This document shows positions 1 through 12,810 of a stretch of DNA of 64,000 nucleotides, piece by piece. How positions within the stretch are numbered: the stretch's first letter is position 1; every line of letters begins with the position of its first letter. Both the position numbers and the translations under genes were made by a program. The stretch comes from Octopus vulgaris. Lineage: Eukaryota. The DNA lies in NCBI GenBank assembly GCA_951406725.2, contig OX597815.1, positions 74,338,001 through 74,402,000 of the forward strand. The letters are read 5' to 3'. The notes under the pieces were generated by a model. That model was given only the letters and a program-made list of their open reading frames with translations. It did not search any database and was not told where the DNA came from.

Positions 1-1478
1 GCTCTTTAAACTATTACTGTTATATATTCGCACACACACACACGCACAGGCATACACACTATCTTGGTATTTCTGTCTCTGTGTGGAACCTTTATTTTCT
101 TATATTATCCTTTCCATCTTCATGCACTTCAATTATTTCTCTTCAAAAATAGAGTTGCTCTTCCATATTTGGGTAATGTCTTGCTCTCATATGAATTGAG
201 TTCTCTTTAGAGGTTGAAAAGTAGAAGTTAATTGTTACTCTATACAACAGTACGTTTGTTAAAAGTAATTCAGTAACAATGTATTCATCAATGTCTAAGT
301 TTAACATGGAGTATACAGATTTACAATTTAAAAAAATCAAAAGTTAATTTATAAGGAATTTATCATATTAAAGACAAATTTAGAAACAATAGTTTTGTTG
401 AAAGGTTGTAATATTGAATTTTTGTTGCAAATTCAAAACCAGCCACCGTCATTTTTTTATCATTACATTTAACAGATTACTCTTATTTACCTATATTGTT
501 TTGAATTAATCATACATTATCTCATTGCTTTGAGATTTCTATGATGTGATTATTTATTTTTACAATGCCAGATCTGGCAGTTTGGACATAAAACAGAATT
601 TTTGGGTCTGATATGGTCAGTTTAAATGCTAAAAGGTTAAGCCAGGAATATTAATGTTTTGCTCTATCTTGAAAATAATTACCACACTGACATTACAGTT
701 GATTGAGTATTGTTTGAAGAAGAACCGCACTAAAAATTGCGCGCAAATGTTCAATTTTTATGAATCTTCGAATTGTACATAAATAAAATTGAATGATAGA
801 GAACACATGCAAACACATTATTTCTATCTATTTTTGAAAGCAAATCACTTCTCTCATGTGTTAAACAAGCAATTATACATATACCAAATTATTTACATAA
901 AATAATTTCAGCGAAAATTTTCAGTATTTAGCAAATTTCTTTATTCTTAATGATGATAAACTGACTTTTGATGGTTAACCTCACTTGTTAGGTTTTGGAA
1001 AATCACAATCTTTAGAATGCTTCAATTTCCATCTTCATCCATCATTAGGTATCATATTGTTCTAATCATATACTCAATTTACCTATTATTGTTGAATTTT
1101 TCAATAGTTACATACATAACCGTTTAACTTGGTTAAATTATTAGGAAGCCATAGTATGTTCCACAAGTTCATACAAATTTACCAAGAAACTGACATAGCT
1201 TGTTTCTTTGAAATATGTACTGACTGGCATGGATTTGAATTCTACACAACAATTATATATGATTAAAATTGTTTTTTTTAATAATTATCTTTCTTTCTCT
1301 CTCTCTTTCTTTCTTTTTTCTTTCTTCCTTTTTTCCTCTTCCTTCCTTTTTCCTTTTCCTTCCTTCTTTTCTTTCTTTCTTATGCTATCTAATTTTTCAT
1401 TTAGGAATTAGTTTCATTCAAGTTTAAAATATTGTAATCAATATATTTACTTTAACTGTGACTTATCTGTCTAATCTT

Positions 1479-1519
<41 letters not shown>

Positions 1520-1520
<1 letters not shown>

Positions 1521-3146
1521 GGCATGACTGTGTGGTAAGAAGCTTGCTTTCCAACTACATGGTTTCATATTCAGTCCCTATGTGTGGCGCTTTGGGCAAA
1601 TGTCTTCTATAGCCTTGGGCCAACCAAAGCCTTGTGAGGGGATTGACAGAAACTAAAACTAAAAGATGTGTATGTGTGCGTGTCTTTATATATACACACA
1701 CATACACTCACTCATACAGGGTGCAATGGGTAAATTGTTGCTGTTTTATATTTTTAATTTCATGCAAACGCATTGTTTGTTTTTGGTTTTGTTGACTACA
1801 CAGTATAGTAGGGTCAGTTGAGCACCGTCTATGAGAAAAACAGCACCATGACACAATTCACTCTGCCAGAAATTCGGAAATGACATGCTGTACCACTTGG
1901 CATTCATAACGGAAGCTCCAATATGAACATTTCAGAGTGTTTTGGTGTCAATCTGAGGATAGTACAGAGGATTCGGAGCAAGTTGGATGAGTCTGATGGT
2001 AATTATGAAGGTATGGCAGTTTGGAAAACTCACTCTGATCATTCTGATAAGAAAAGAACTCCTGAATTTGTTGGTGAGATCCAGGCCATGATTGACAACA
2101 ATCTAAGTCAATCAGGTCCATTGCCAGGGACATGAGAGTGTCTGAATTTCTTATCAGCAGGTAGTGCATGAAGGCATTTGGTATTTCTCATACAAGATGA
2201 GAAAGGGTCAATTTTTATCCTAATCCATCAAGGACAAAAGGAAAAACTGTGCTATGAAGCTTTTGAACAAACTCAAGCATCCCCTCCAACTGAACATTCT
2301 TCAGATTTTCTCAGACGAGAAAAATTTCTGCCAGGATCAGATAGTAAACACACAGAACAACTGTTGGCTTGCCATGTCCTCAAAACATGTCCCAAGAGTG
2401 ATAAAAATCAAGCATCCAGTCAATATTATGGTGTTTGGAGTGATCATTATTGATGGCGACATTATGCCTCTATTCATCTTCTCACACAGACTCAGACTCA
2501 ACACTGGGGCCGATGTCAAGCGCCTGGAGGAGGTAGTGCTGCCCTGGGTCAAGAGGGTGGCTGCTGGAAGACCCTATGCTTCGCAACTGAACTCTGAATC
2601 ATGCCACACAAGCAGGGGTATCCAGTCATGACTGTCAGACAATTTCTGCAACCACATGACCCCTAACATCTGGTCACCTAACTCCCCAGACTGCAACCCC
2701 CTTGAACTGAATTAAACAAGGCTAACGCCCAGAAGAGTTGCAGGAAATTCCAAAGTCATCTGGAGACTGTGGTTGAAGCCAATGGCAATTTTATTGAATA
2801 AATTTACTCTTTAGTATTTCAAAATATTTTTGTGTAATTTTGGTAAATATATCTGTTAAAATGAGATGTCAGTGTTATTTTCATTTTTGCGTAATTTAGA
2901 CAATTTATTCACTGCACCCTGTATGTATATATATATTAATGTATCTGTGTTTGCCCCCCTGCCATTGCTTGACAACTGATGCTGGTGTGTTTATGTTTCT
3001 GTAATATAATGGTTCGGCAAAAGAGACTAATGGAATAAGTTCTAGGCTTACAAAGATTAAGTTCTGGGGTTGATTCACTCGACTAAAACTCTTTAAGGTG
3101 GTGCTCCAGCATGGCTGCAGTCAAATGACTGAAAGAAGCAAAAGAA
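1520..3146 (+). mobile_element. SINE family 1 (tail A) split by the Tc1/maT insertion
   Basis: 1520-1670 and 2945-3146 match the two halves of 62984-63375. Confidence 0.8.
1717..2921 (+). mobile_element. Decayed Tc1/mariner-superfamily transposon, probably maT/DD37D-like
   Basis: Left TIR CAGGGTGCAATGGGTAAATTGT; right TIR read on the reverse strand CAGGGTGCAGTGAATAAATTGT; TA on both flanks. Frameshifted transposase pieces (ORFs 1923..2135 and 2254..2631) with FSDEKNF, MVFGVI and downstream WSPNSPDCNPL. Confidence 0.9.
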
Positions 3147-3399
3147 CACGCACACACATGCACACGAGAAATTCCTTTATGTGAAATTAATTTTTCTATT
3201 CATTTTCATATTATCAAGTGAGATTGTGTTCCTACGAACTTTTTTAAAAGAAACAACAAACAAAAGAAGCAGAAGAAAGCGAGAGAATATACATGATCAC
3301 TTTTTATACATGAAAAGAACTATTTTTAAACACACATATTACAATATATATAAAAACACAAAAGCATTTTAAGAGGAATAAGTTAGGGAATTAATAAGA

Positions 3400-4331
3400 A
3401 TTGTAATATTGTAAAAGTATGTTCTTAACCACAAAAGATGTTGGCTACTGTGTGAGGGGAGGTGGTGGAATGAGCATTACTAGGAGGATGAGGGACAATA
3501 TTTACCATCTTATAGTTCATTATCACCAACATCAGTTTGATGGGTGAAGAACTTATCCAAAGTTGTTTGTTGTTTATGACGCATTATTTCTTTGTTTTGT
3601 ATAGCTCAGTATAGGAAATGAGCTCATTGTAAACTCCTCTTGTAATTTTGATGGTACATTTGTGATTGGGGTCATTATCAGCTGAAATTTGCATATAAAT
3701 TTTTTGGCTCTTTTGTGAATTAATGTCATGATTATCAGCACATTATGCTGATTCTGCTATTTGATCCATACACTCAAGAACTGTTCCATTTTAAGCATTA
3801 CATTAGATCTATGGAAAGATAAGGTCTAGATGATTAATGGAATAGCTTCTTAAGCGCTTGGTATAATTTTCTCTGTTGTCACATATTGTTCCCCCTGTAG
3901 ACATTGCAAAACTTCATGTTTTGGCCAACTTAATTTTACTTCTGCATCAAGTCTTTTCTAAACATCAAGTTTAGTATCCAACGTAATCCCTTTATGGTTC
4001 CTTTTCACACTACTGCCTTCAGGTCTACTTGATAGTTTCTTTCCTGACACCTTAAATTGAAGGCAAATCCAACAGCAGCCATGATTAATTATCCACAACA
4101 AATAAGTGGTTAAAATAACTAATCCAGGAAAAATTTGCTTTGTGAGAGCAGAAAGTTGTCTTATTCCTTATACATTGAGCTAAGAAGAACGTATAATTTA
4201 AAATTTTTAACAATTTAAAACTATGCAATACGAACTTCTGTAAGAGCGAAATTACAGACAGTATCCTGAAATCAATAGTTATACTTTTCAGTTTCTGTAA
4301 GCTTGAAATCACATAACCTGAGGTATCCCTA
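3400..4331 (-). mobile_element. Tigger/pogo-like transposon remnant (N-terminal HTH region, pseudogenised)
   Basis: Minus-strand fragments KRNHKGITLDTKLDV*KRLD (about 3945-4005) and MEQFLSVWIK*QNQHNVLIIMTLIHKRAK (about 3703-3790) resemble Tigger/CENP-B HTH domains. A TIR-like end AGGGATACCTCAGGTTATG lies near 4330. The left boundary is uncertain. Confidence 0.7.
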
Positions 4332-4761
4332 ACATAAGGGATGTGTATGTGTGTATGTATGTATATCAAAAGGATGTGTTATAACACCATTCCACATATA
4401 CAAAAGCAGCCATACCAAATATATATATATATATATGTAACATTGATTAATATTTATTGGAGGAAATAGGGATATCACTGGACAAAATGTTACATTATTT
4501 CAAAAGCAAGTTGAGTTGAATAATTTTTCATTTGAAAAGCAGTCTTTAGAGTGTTGGACTAGATGTCTTGCTGCATTTATTCCAGCATTCAATGATCTGA
4601 AGTCAATTTTGCCTTCTCTCCTTTTGGAGTTGATTAAATAAAGCACCATCTCCACAGTGGTAGATTAGTGGAATTACTTGAGTATTAGACAGGATGCCAT
4701 GTTTGACTTAAAGCTATCCCATATTATATCCTTTATTAAACTAAACAAAATATATTTCCAG

Positions 4762-4886
4762 GGAGAAGATATTGTGAGCCCTAAAAGTAGACGACCTCTA
4801 CAGCATTCAACTGTGGCTAACCAAATGAAAAACATAAACGAAACTCAACAACCACATTACAGTCCTCGGCATGGAACTATCGAATG
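4762..4886 (+). CDS. FAM13-like gene, internal coding exon 1 of window (GEDIVSPKSRRPLQ...SPRHGTIE)
   Basis: Acceptor tatttccag|GGA and donor TG|gtaagc. Only one frame is open (phase 0 to 2), and it joins in frame to 6006-6120. No family motif, so the assignment rests on splice sites and phase. Confidence 0.7.
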
Positions 4887-6005
4887 GTAAGCCATTTTAT
4901 ATTTTTAGCTACAAGTTTCAAGAAATTATTGCTGCTTAATTATTATGTAATGTTGTTTCGTCTAGCTTTGAGATGAATTCTAAATGGTTTGTTGATGTTT
5001 CTTGAATTTCAGTTTTATTTTAAAGCAAATAACAGGTATCCAACAGTTCTTGATATTACTATAAAGATATTTCAAATGAGACAAGGAGGGGTAGTGCCTG
5101 TCACCTATGTAGAACCCGCTTCCTCACCAAAGTAATGACATTGATGAGCTTGGTATTTTGTTTGAACCTTTGAAGATTTATATTTCAGTTTAAAACCTGT
5201 TTAGAGAGTGGGTTCTAGCAGGGAGCTTTAGTTTCGAGCAGGGACAATTGGGAGCAGGGAGTGTTTGGTGCACCAAACACAGGATTTGGAGTAGGTGGAG
5301 ATGAGTGGAGGGAAAGAGGGTGCATCAAGTGGGCTTCAATGGAGGTTGTATGTAACTTGATAATTCAGAGGAGCAGAAAGTATAGAAAGATACCTGCTGT
5401 TGTTTTTTTGTCCCAGGTCAGCCTTAATTTGTCACAGCTATGATTAGAGATATTCTAGCTGTGACCATCCTGTTTTTTAAGAGAATCCAGAATGACATTG
5501 GTGTTTTGTTCCCTCTTTTTCAAGTCAATAGAGAGCGATTTGAGGGATGTCTGGTAACTGTATCTAGCAGCTTTAGCTGCTGTGTAGCAGCACTTTAATT
5601 GAATTTAGTGTTATAACATTGCATAATTGAATTATCAATTGTTGGGATTTTAATTAAGTTGAAATACATACGTACATTACAGATTTAATTTGCAAAGTGA
5701 AAACTGTAAATGTTTGTATGTAAAATAGGATAAAAAAAATTTGATTTATCCTCCTTATAGTCTTCCATAGTTTTGTATTGTTACTACTGTTGGTGCTTAT
5801 CTAATAACTTTGTTTATGTCATTGTCAGTAAAAATAAAATGTTTCCCAGTTTATCAACTCTTATCTATGAAATAAGCGAAATTAACTGAATTATTTTTAC
5901 TACTTTTTAATAGTATTAGTGCTGTGCAATATTGCATTATTCTATTTTTATTAGGAAAATTCATATAATGGCAATAATTGGAAATCTGTTTTTCATTCTT
6001 TTTAG

Positions 6006-6120
6006 TTGGGCTGATCCTGACTCTGATGCAATTTGTCACAAGTTTGAGTCCTCAAATATGGATAATATCTTGCTGCCTCAGTCTGGTTTACTCAAACATC
6101 CATTGTCTGTTGACCATCAT
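6006..6120 (+). CDS. FAM13-like exon 2 (WADPDSDAICHKFESSNMDNILLPQSGLLKHPLSVDHH)
   Basis: Acceptor ttttcattctttttag|T and donor CAT|gtaagt. Phase 2 to 0 bridges 4886 and 7997 exactly. Confidence 0.78.
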
Positions 6121-7612
6121 GTAAGTAAAGAATTCAGTGTTTTTGCTTTTAAACAAATGTTCACACTATGTATGAAAGGTATCATTACAGAACTTGTCAA
6201 CAACTGAAGTCAGAAAGCAGACTGTTTTTCTAACTGAGACAATCTTAAACTCTACTAAAATTTCTCTTTTGTTTTCTGTCAACATTTCCCTGAAGAAGGA
6301 TTTTTCACTCCCTGCAGCAAGTTCTATTGTTTTTTTTTTTTAATTATACAAGTCTTGCTTACATAGATCAACACTTGTTTCTTGGAGGTCTGTTTAATCA
6401 TGTATGTGTGTACTTATTTATTTATTGTGAAGTAAATTTCTTTGGTGAAACATTGAATTATTTAATTAAACATTTTAGGATTTAAATTTCTTTGCAATCT
6501 AATATTTCTTTGTTCATTCATTCATGTAATTTAATTATTTTGTTCAGGTTAATTCTTTCGAGGCCATTACATCCCTTTTATATTTTTCTTTAGAATCACT
6601 TTCTATCTCTAGATTTTAGTGTAACTGACACAACTATAAAAATAATTGAAACATAAAGTCATTATCATCTCCTTGCCAACCACCACCACCACCACCACCA
6701 CCACCCTTCTCTCTCTATGTCTCTCATAATTGTTGTTTCAGCCTATAAAAATTTCTTAAGCATTAATTTTCAAATATTAATAAATTGACTGTCATTTGTT
6801 CTGGTCATTGCTCTGATGAACTTTCTGGTTTTAGTAAGCCTCTGTCAAAATCTTGAAACATCTCACCTGCTTCAGATGTATCATTTCTCTGTTGTGCTTC
6901 TCCTTAGTCATAAGTCTTTTTATTCAGGTAGCTTCTTTCCTCAATATTTCTCCAGAACTCATTACCATTGTTTTGTTTTTCTATGATAGTCATTTCATTA
7001 AGCTTTCTGTTGACAGTTTTTGAATTTGTAGGACCCCCTCCTTTCCTTCTTTGTAGTCCCTTATACTACAGTGGCCTCAAACCCTGAGACAAAATCATTA
7101 GAGAAAAAAATGGCTAAAATATTCTTTGGTTCATGACAAAAGACACCATTTCTTATTTTAATAGATTTATTCTATTTTCTGATAACCGTACATACTGGTC
7201 TTGTAGTCAAAAGAACCAAGGATATGGTGCTTGATCTTCTTACCTAGGACCTAATATTGTCCATCTGTTACCCCATATAAATTGTACAGAAGTTCTGTAG
7301 GAGGTAACTGAATTAACAGAATTAAGATTCAAAATCATGTCAACAATATTTACATTTCTCACTGGATATTTTACTAATGATCTACTATCTTCTAAAATTT
7401 GAGTGAAACATAATCCATATCTTTTTTTGTTAAACATTTTGATACCAAACCACCTGAAATTGCCTCTGATTATTTGACACAAACTTCATAATTTGAAGTG
7501 AACTAAATTAAAACTGTTGAAATTTCATATAAGTTTATGCTCCAGACACCAATTGAGTTATTTTACTAAATTATTTTTGAAATTGATTGTAACAAAGGCG
7601 GTGTCTTTTTAA

Positions 7613-7797
7613 CACTTTAGCATTTAAACTGATATATCCAGCCCAAATATTCTACCTGTTTTATGTTCAAATCAGTCATGTCTGACCTCTCACACCCACT
7701 CTACAATGTCATGCTAACAATAAACAATCACATCATTGATTCTCAAAGCTATGAGATAGTGCATTCCATTTGACAGAGTAATCTGAATGCTGAAATG
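7613..7797. mobile_element. piggyBac-like MITE family 1, opposite orientation
   Basis: TTAA-CACTTTAGCATTTAAACT...ATCTGAATGCTGAAATG-TTAA. Confidence 0.75.
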
Positions 7798-7996
7798 TTA
7801 AACTGAAATATGATAACAAAAGTTTTAAATATTTTGGAAATTGTTATTCAAGATAGAAATTAAGCAAGAAACTTGTAAGGATATTTTAATTTGTCAATTT
7901 TAACTTTACAATTAATCTTTTAGTCTAATTTACAGTTCTTGTTGAACATTTTTTAATAAGAACTAAATGATCAAATTTTTCTTTTCTTTCTTTCAG

Positions 7997-8483
7997 ACTC
8001 ATAAGTCATCAACTTCTAGTCCTTCAAGTAGCACACGGTGTCAGAATCAGAACAAACCTTATTTTAAGCTGGACTGTAGCAAATCTTCTTCAACAATGCC
8101 TGAGCACACATCCTACTTACGGGGATCTGTCCGTACACACATGGGCACCTCGACGGCAGATAACAATTGCAATGCTGTACAATTTAACCCAAAGCACCCT
8201 CATCTTGTGGAAATGGTATCGGCAAACACTGCAGATGTTTCCAGTACATCCTCATCATCTTGTGAAGAGGATGAGAACACAGACAGTGCTGCTAAACACC
8301 CTAAATCGCGTATCGGTTTCTTAGATATGCATCTAACTAGCAGTCAGTCCCGGGATGAAGAAAACGACGACATGTGCGAGCGTGATGAGAAATATTCTCC
8401 TTGTTATTCTCCTAACAACAATCGTAAAACAATGGTTCCACCACTGGATTTGTCCATTTTACACGAGCATATGGACAGCACTG
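7997..8483 (+). CDS. FAM13-like exon 3, Ser-rich/acidic disordered region (THKSSTSSPSS...VPPLDLSILHEHMDST)
   Basis: Lies in the longest ORF of the window (7967..8530). Polypyrimidine acceptor tttctttcag|ACT, donor G|gtgagt, higher GC and CpG than the flanks. Confidence 0.88.
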
Positions 8484-8858
8484 GTGAGTTGTTGCTGTTA
8501 TTGTTTATTAAATATATTCTCCACTTCTAGTATTTCAAAACAGTGTTTAATCTTTTGGTTTCATGTTTGAGTATTTTAAAACTTATCAGCATATACTATA
8601 ACCTAAACCATTATCATTATTCCTTTAACATCCACTTTTCTATGTTTGCATGCTTCAAATGGAATTTATTGAAGTAGATTTGCCACAGTTGGATACCCAC
8701 CTGGTCACCAAGCCTCACCTGCTTCCAAGCAATATTTCCCCATGCCCAAACTTTTTCATAGTATATTAGAAATGAATGACACTGCTTGTATGACAGTGAC
8801 ATTTGCTTACAATTATCTCACAATGTCAAGACAACGAGACACAAGTGTGCGTGTGCGC

Positions 8859-8925
<67 letters not shown>

Positions 8926-9273
8926 ATGACGGGCTTTTTTTTTTGAATTTCCTCCTGCTGTAGTCGATCTGCTTCAATGAATTTCATCTAACCTATGCAA
9001 GCATGAATAAGTGAACAGTAAGACAACAATGACAATTATTGGTTGATAATGATGACAGCATTTTTATCCTTCCATTTGTGAATGAATATTAGTTTGATAA
9101 AGGAGCAAGGGAGCATACTTCACTGTTCATGCATAGCGTTATTGTAATTTTAATATATTTGAGAAGATAATGACTGAAGCACTTTCCCTTCATAATATGT
9201 CAATATTTAAAATACTCACATTTCAGCTAATTTCTTTTAGTGACTCAATGTATATTTATTTTTTATCTCACAG

Positions 9274-9418
9274 ATCCGATTCCTTCAAAGAAAGTGCAAA
9301 CTGTATCTTATCAACGTGTGAAGAAACATCTAAGCAGTGATGAAGATGATGATGATGATGACGATGATCCTGTTGTTGTCTTGTCTCCAAGAGCCAACAA
9401 ATTCAAGAAAAAACCAAT
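9274..9418 (+). CDS. FAM13-like exon 4 (DPIPSKKVQTVSYQ...poly-Asp...VVLSPRANKFKKKP)
   Basis: Acceptor tctcacag|AT and donor AT|gtaagt. Phase 1 to 2 is consistent with neighbours. Confidence 0.88.
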
Positions 9419-9552
9419 GTAAGTTTTTGTTTCTCTTTTTCCCCAACAACTGTGCTTGTTTCTTTTTCATTTAAATTTTTTTTTTGTAGAAATAGTGTTT
9501 TTAATTTACTGTTATAATTCCATTATGGGATATGAGCCAGTATTATAATTAT

Positions 9553-10196
9553 TAAGTTGATGAGCTTGCAGAATCATTAGAGCTTTGGAAATATGACTTG
9601 CAATATTTCTTCTTGCTCTGTTGCCTTCCATCTTTTCAGGGTCAGTAAAATAAAGTACTAGTCAAATACTGGGGCTGATGTAATATCTTATCCCTTCTTC
9701 TAAAAATTGCTGGCCTTGAACTAAAATTTGAAGCCATTATTATTATTATTATTAAGGCAGTGAACTGGTAGAATTGTTAGCATGCCAGGCAAAAATATTT
9801 AGTGACATTTCATGTCGTTTTGTTCTAAGTTCAAATTCCAGAGGTCAACTTTACCTTTCATCCTTCTGGGGTTGATAAAATAAGTACCAGTTGTGCACTG
9901 GGGTCAATGTAATCAACTTACCCTCCCCCACTGAACTTGCTGGTCGTGTGCCAAAATTTGAAACCATTATTATTATTATTATTATTATTTAGGCAGTGAA
10001 CTGGCAGAATCATTACTGTGCTGGACAAAATGCTTAGCACCATTTCTTCTGGCTCTGTGTTCTAATTTCAGATCATCCTTTTGGGGTCAATAAAACAAGT
10101 ACCAGCTGAGCACTGGGGTTAATATAATCAAGTTGCCTCCTCCACTCAGAATTGCTGGCCTTGTGCCAAAAATTAGAAATATTGTTGCTGCTGCTG

Positions 10197-10235
<39 letters not shown>

Positions 10236-10980
10236 ATAATAATAATAATAATAAGACAGCAAGCTGGACATTATGCTTAGAAGCATTTCTTCCAGTTTTA
10301 CGTTCTGAGTTCAAATTCTGCCAAGGCCAGCTTTGCCTTTCATCCTTTCGAGAACGTTAAAATAAGTACCAGTTGAGCACTGGAGTAGATGTAACTGACT
10401 TGCTCCCTCCCTCAAACTTGCTGGCCTTGTGCCAAAATTTGAAATTGTTATCATTATTATTATCATTATTATTGTTTTGGTGGATTGGCAGAATTGTTAG
10501 AACATTACAGTATCTAGTTACAGTTATTTATATTCTGAGTTCAAATCTTGCCATGGTCAAGAAATGGGGATGATATAATTGACTAAACCTTTTCCCTGAA
10601 AACTTTTGGCCTTGAACCTATATCAGAAGCAATCATTATTAAGGCAGCCAGCTGGCAGACTCGTTAACATCTCAGGCAAAATACTTAACTGCATTTCATC
10701 CATCTTTACATTCTGCTAAAGTCGAATTTGCCTTTCATCCTTTCGAGGTTGATAAATTAAGTACCAGTGAAACAGTCTCCTCCCCGCCACCAGATTTCAG
10801 GCCTTGTGCCTTTAGTAGAAAGGATTATTATTATTGAGTTCAAATACTGTTGGCATCTACTTTGCTTTTTGTCACTTTCAAAACCAATAAACAATCAATA
10901 AAATAAAGTACCAATCAAGTACTGGAATCAAATTAATTGCTGGCCTTGTGCCTAAATGAGAAATAATTATTATTAATGTA
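9553..10980 (+). repeat. Head-to-tail array of about 7 copies of a ~210-bp SINE-like unit separated by (ATT)n tails
   Basis: Recurring AAGGCAGTGARCTGGCAGAAT...GAGTTCAAAT...CTTTCATCCTT...AAGTACCAG...GGCCTTGTGCC...(ATT)n. A solo copy is at 43552-43760. Confidence 0.88.
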
Positions 10981-11881
10981 TTCATTTTTGTCATCATCAT
11001 TGACTCTCTCTGGATTCTTGCTACTCTCATCTGTTTTCTGTCTCTCATGCTCCCTTCACTCACTTGCCTTTGTAATGTGGGATAACCCTGGACTCCTTCA
11101 ATATAACCCCCGCCTCATCAGTCTTACTACTCCAACATTAATCCCTTCCCTTTCCCCTGTTTCTTCAGTAAACTCACCCCCACTACCACGAGTAACTATT
11201 TTGTTATTTTCTCATTGTTATAAGTTGACCCCCTCTCATTATATTTCACCGTTTATCACCTAAAATCTTCACTCACACTCTCCTTTAGGGATCCCATCAA
11301 GTGCTGGTGCCATGCAAAAAAGCACCCGGTACACTCTGTAAAGTGGTTGGCATTAAGAAGAGCATCCTGCCATAGTAGCCTTGCCAAAGCAGGTAGTGTA
11401 ATGATGCAGTACCTCAATTCTTTTGATCATATGGGATCATCCAACTCATGTCAGCATGGAGGACCAGATATTAAATAATGATATAATGGACCAGATCTGT
11501 TACACAACAATTGGTTGAGTTGCTTACATCTGACCTCTTTCTCATATTAGCATTATCATTTCCCTACTACTCTACACTATTACAAATGTGTGGCTTTCAT
11601 TTGTCTTATTAGGCTTCTGTGTAGCTAAGTTCTTATTACCTTCAGTAATTAATTGTTATAGGGTTTACATTGTTCTGTTCATTAAATCTGGTTATTAAAA
11701 AAAAAAAGAACAAGTAAGATGTATATCATATATGTAATTTTTGTCGCACCCTTTTCCCTTTATTCCATTCCTTCCTACTGAAGATGTGTAGCCTACTGAA
11801 GATTGTGGTTTTGATTCTTGGACCGAGCTGTTCTTGAGCAAAACATTTAATTTCACATTGCACCAGTCCACTCAGCTATAA

Positions 11882-12116
11882 TTAATGACCTGTAGGGACA
11901 CAGTATTTCATTATACAACCATAATATACTACAAAGTATATTGAATGTTTTTATAAGTCAATACTTGGTTGTAACATAGAACATAGTACTGACTTATAAA
12001 AACGTTTGATGTACTTTGTAGTATCTCCTTCTTGTTGTTTACATCAGGCGCCTTACATACAAAATGTCATAACAAAATTCTATAGAAAATCTGTAGAGAT
12101 GACCTTAACAAGTGAA
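11882..12116. mobile_element. Rearranged fold-back copy of the 53.4-kb repeat family, inserted in a SINE
   Basis: ACTCAGCTATAA duplicated at 11870-11881 and 12117-12128. 40-bp inverted arms at 11926-11965 and 11985-12024. Similar to 53432-53495 and 53760-53864. Confidence 0.7.
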
Positions 12117-12479
12117 ACTCAGCTATAAATGAATAACCCTGTTATGGACTGACATCCTAATCAGGGTGAATGTTGTCACTTATGCATCAATGAAACTGGG
12201 GAAGCCAGCCTTATGATTCCTAGGACTCAAGTAATGATGGTGATGATGATTTCTTCCCCACTCCATTTTTCCTTTTCCTAACCAAATAATCCATTTTCCA
12301 AATGACCTTGCATACATCAGGATATTTCAGGTTGTTATTTTATCTAACGGTGATCTAAATTGATAAGGCTTGCATACAGTAAAATGTTAATATTAAATAG
12401 TGAAACACTTTAAACGTAAAATATTTTAGCACTGACTTATCAAATTAATAACGAGATGTTTATGTTATAAATTTTAATT

Positions 12480-12810
12480 GCAGAATGTATTGATTAAGCT
12501 AAAAAAATGTTATCAATTTTTAATTTGAATATTAAATGCATCAATAATTTTACTAATTTATCAACTTAACTTGAACTTTACCTAACTAAATTATAAATGT
12601 CTTATTTTGCTAACTATCAACTAAGAGCTGAATTTAATTAAATTTTAAATCAACATAAACCTAAACTTAATTAAAACCTGAATTTCAGTTAAACTAACTT
12701 TTACTAATTATCACCATAAACTAACTTTTATTAATTATCACCATTATTCACCATAAACCTGAATGTTACTAAGCTAAATTTTAAATCCATCAATTGCTTT
12801 ACTAATTAGA
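12480..12810. repeat. Degenerate AT-rich tandem repeat
   Basis: Recurring TTTTACTAATTATCA(A/C)C, ATAAACCT(G/A)AA and TAAATTTTAAAT blocks. Confidence 0.6.

Noticed and set aside
1-4761. N-terminal RhoGAP exons or promoter of the FAM13-like gene
   Set aside because: None recognisable; the gene start lies upstream of the window.
5013-5152. Exon-like segment after tttcag (…MRQGGVVPVTYVEPASSPK*)
   Set aside because: No acceptor/donor pair with strong sites and the needed phases; 6006-6120 already bridges the frame.
6288-6315. CCTGAAGAAGGA…TCC hammerhead-like start
   Set aside because: No GAAA box after the putative stem II.
9553-10980. Regularly repeated units resembling a CRISPR array
   Set aside because: Units are ~210-bp diverged SINE copies with microsatellite linkers, there are no unique spacers or cas genes, and the context is eukaryotic.
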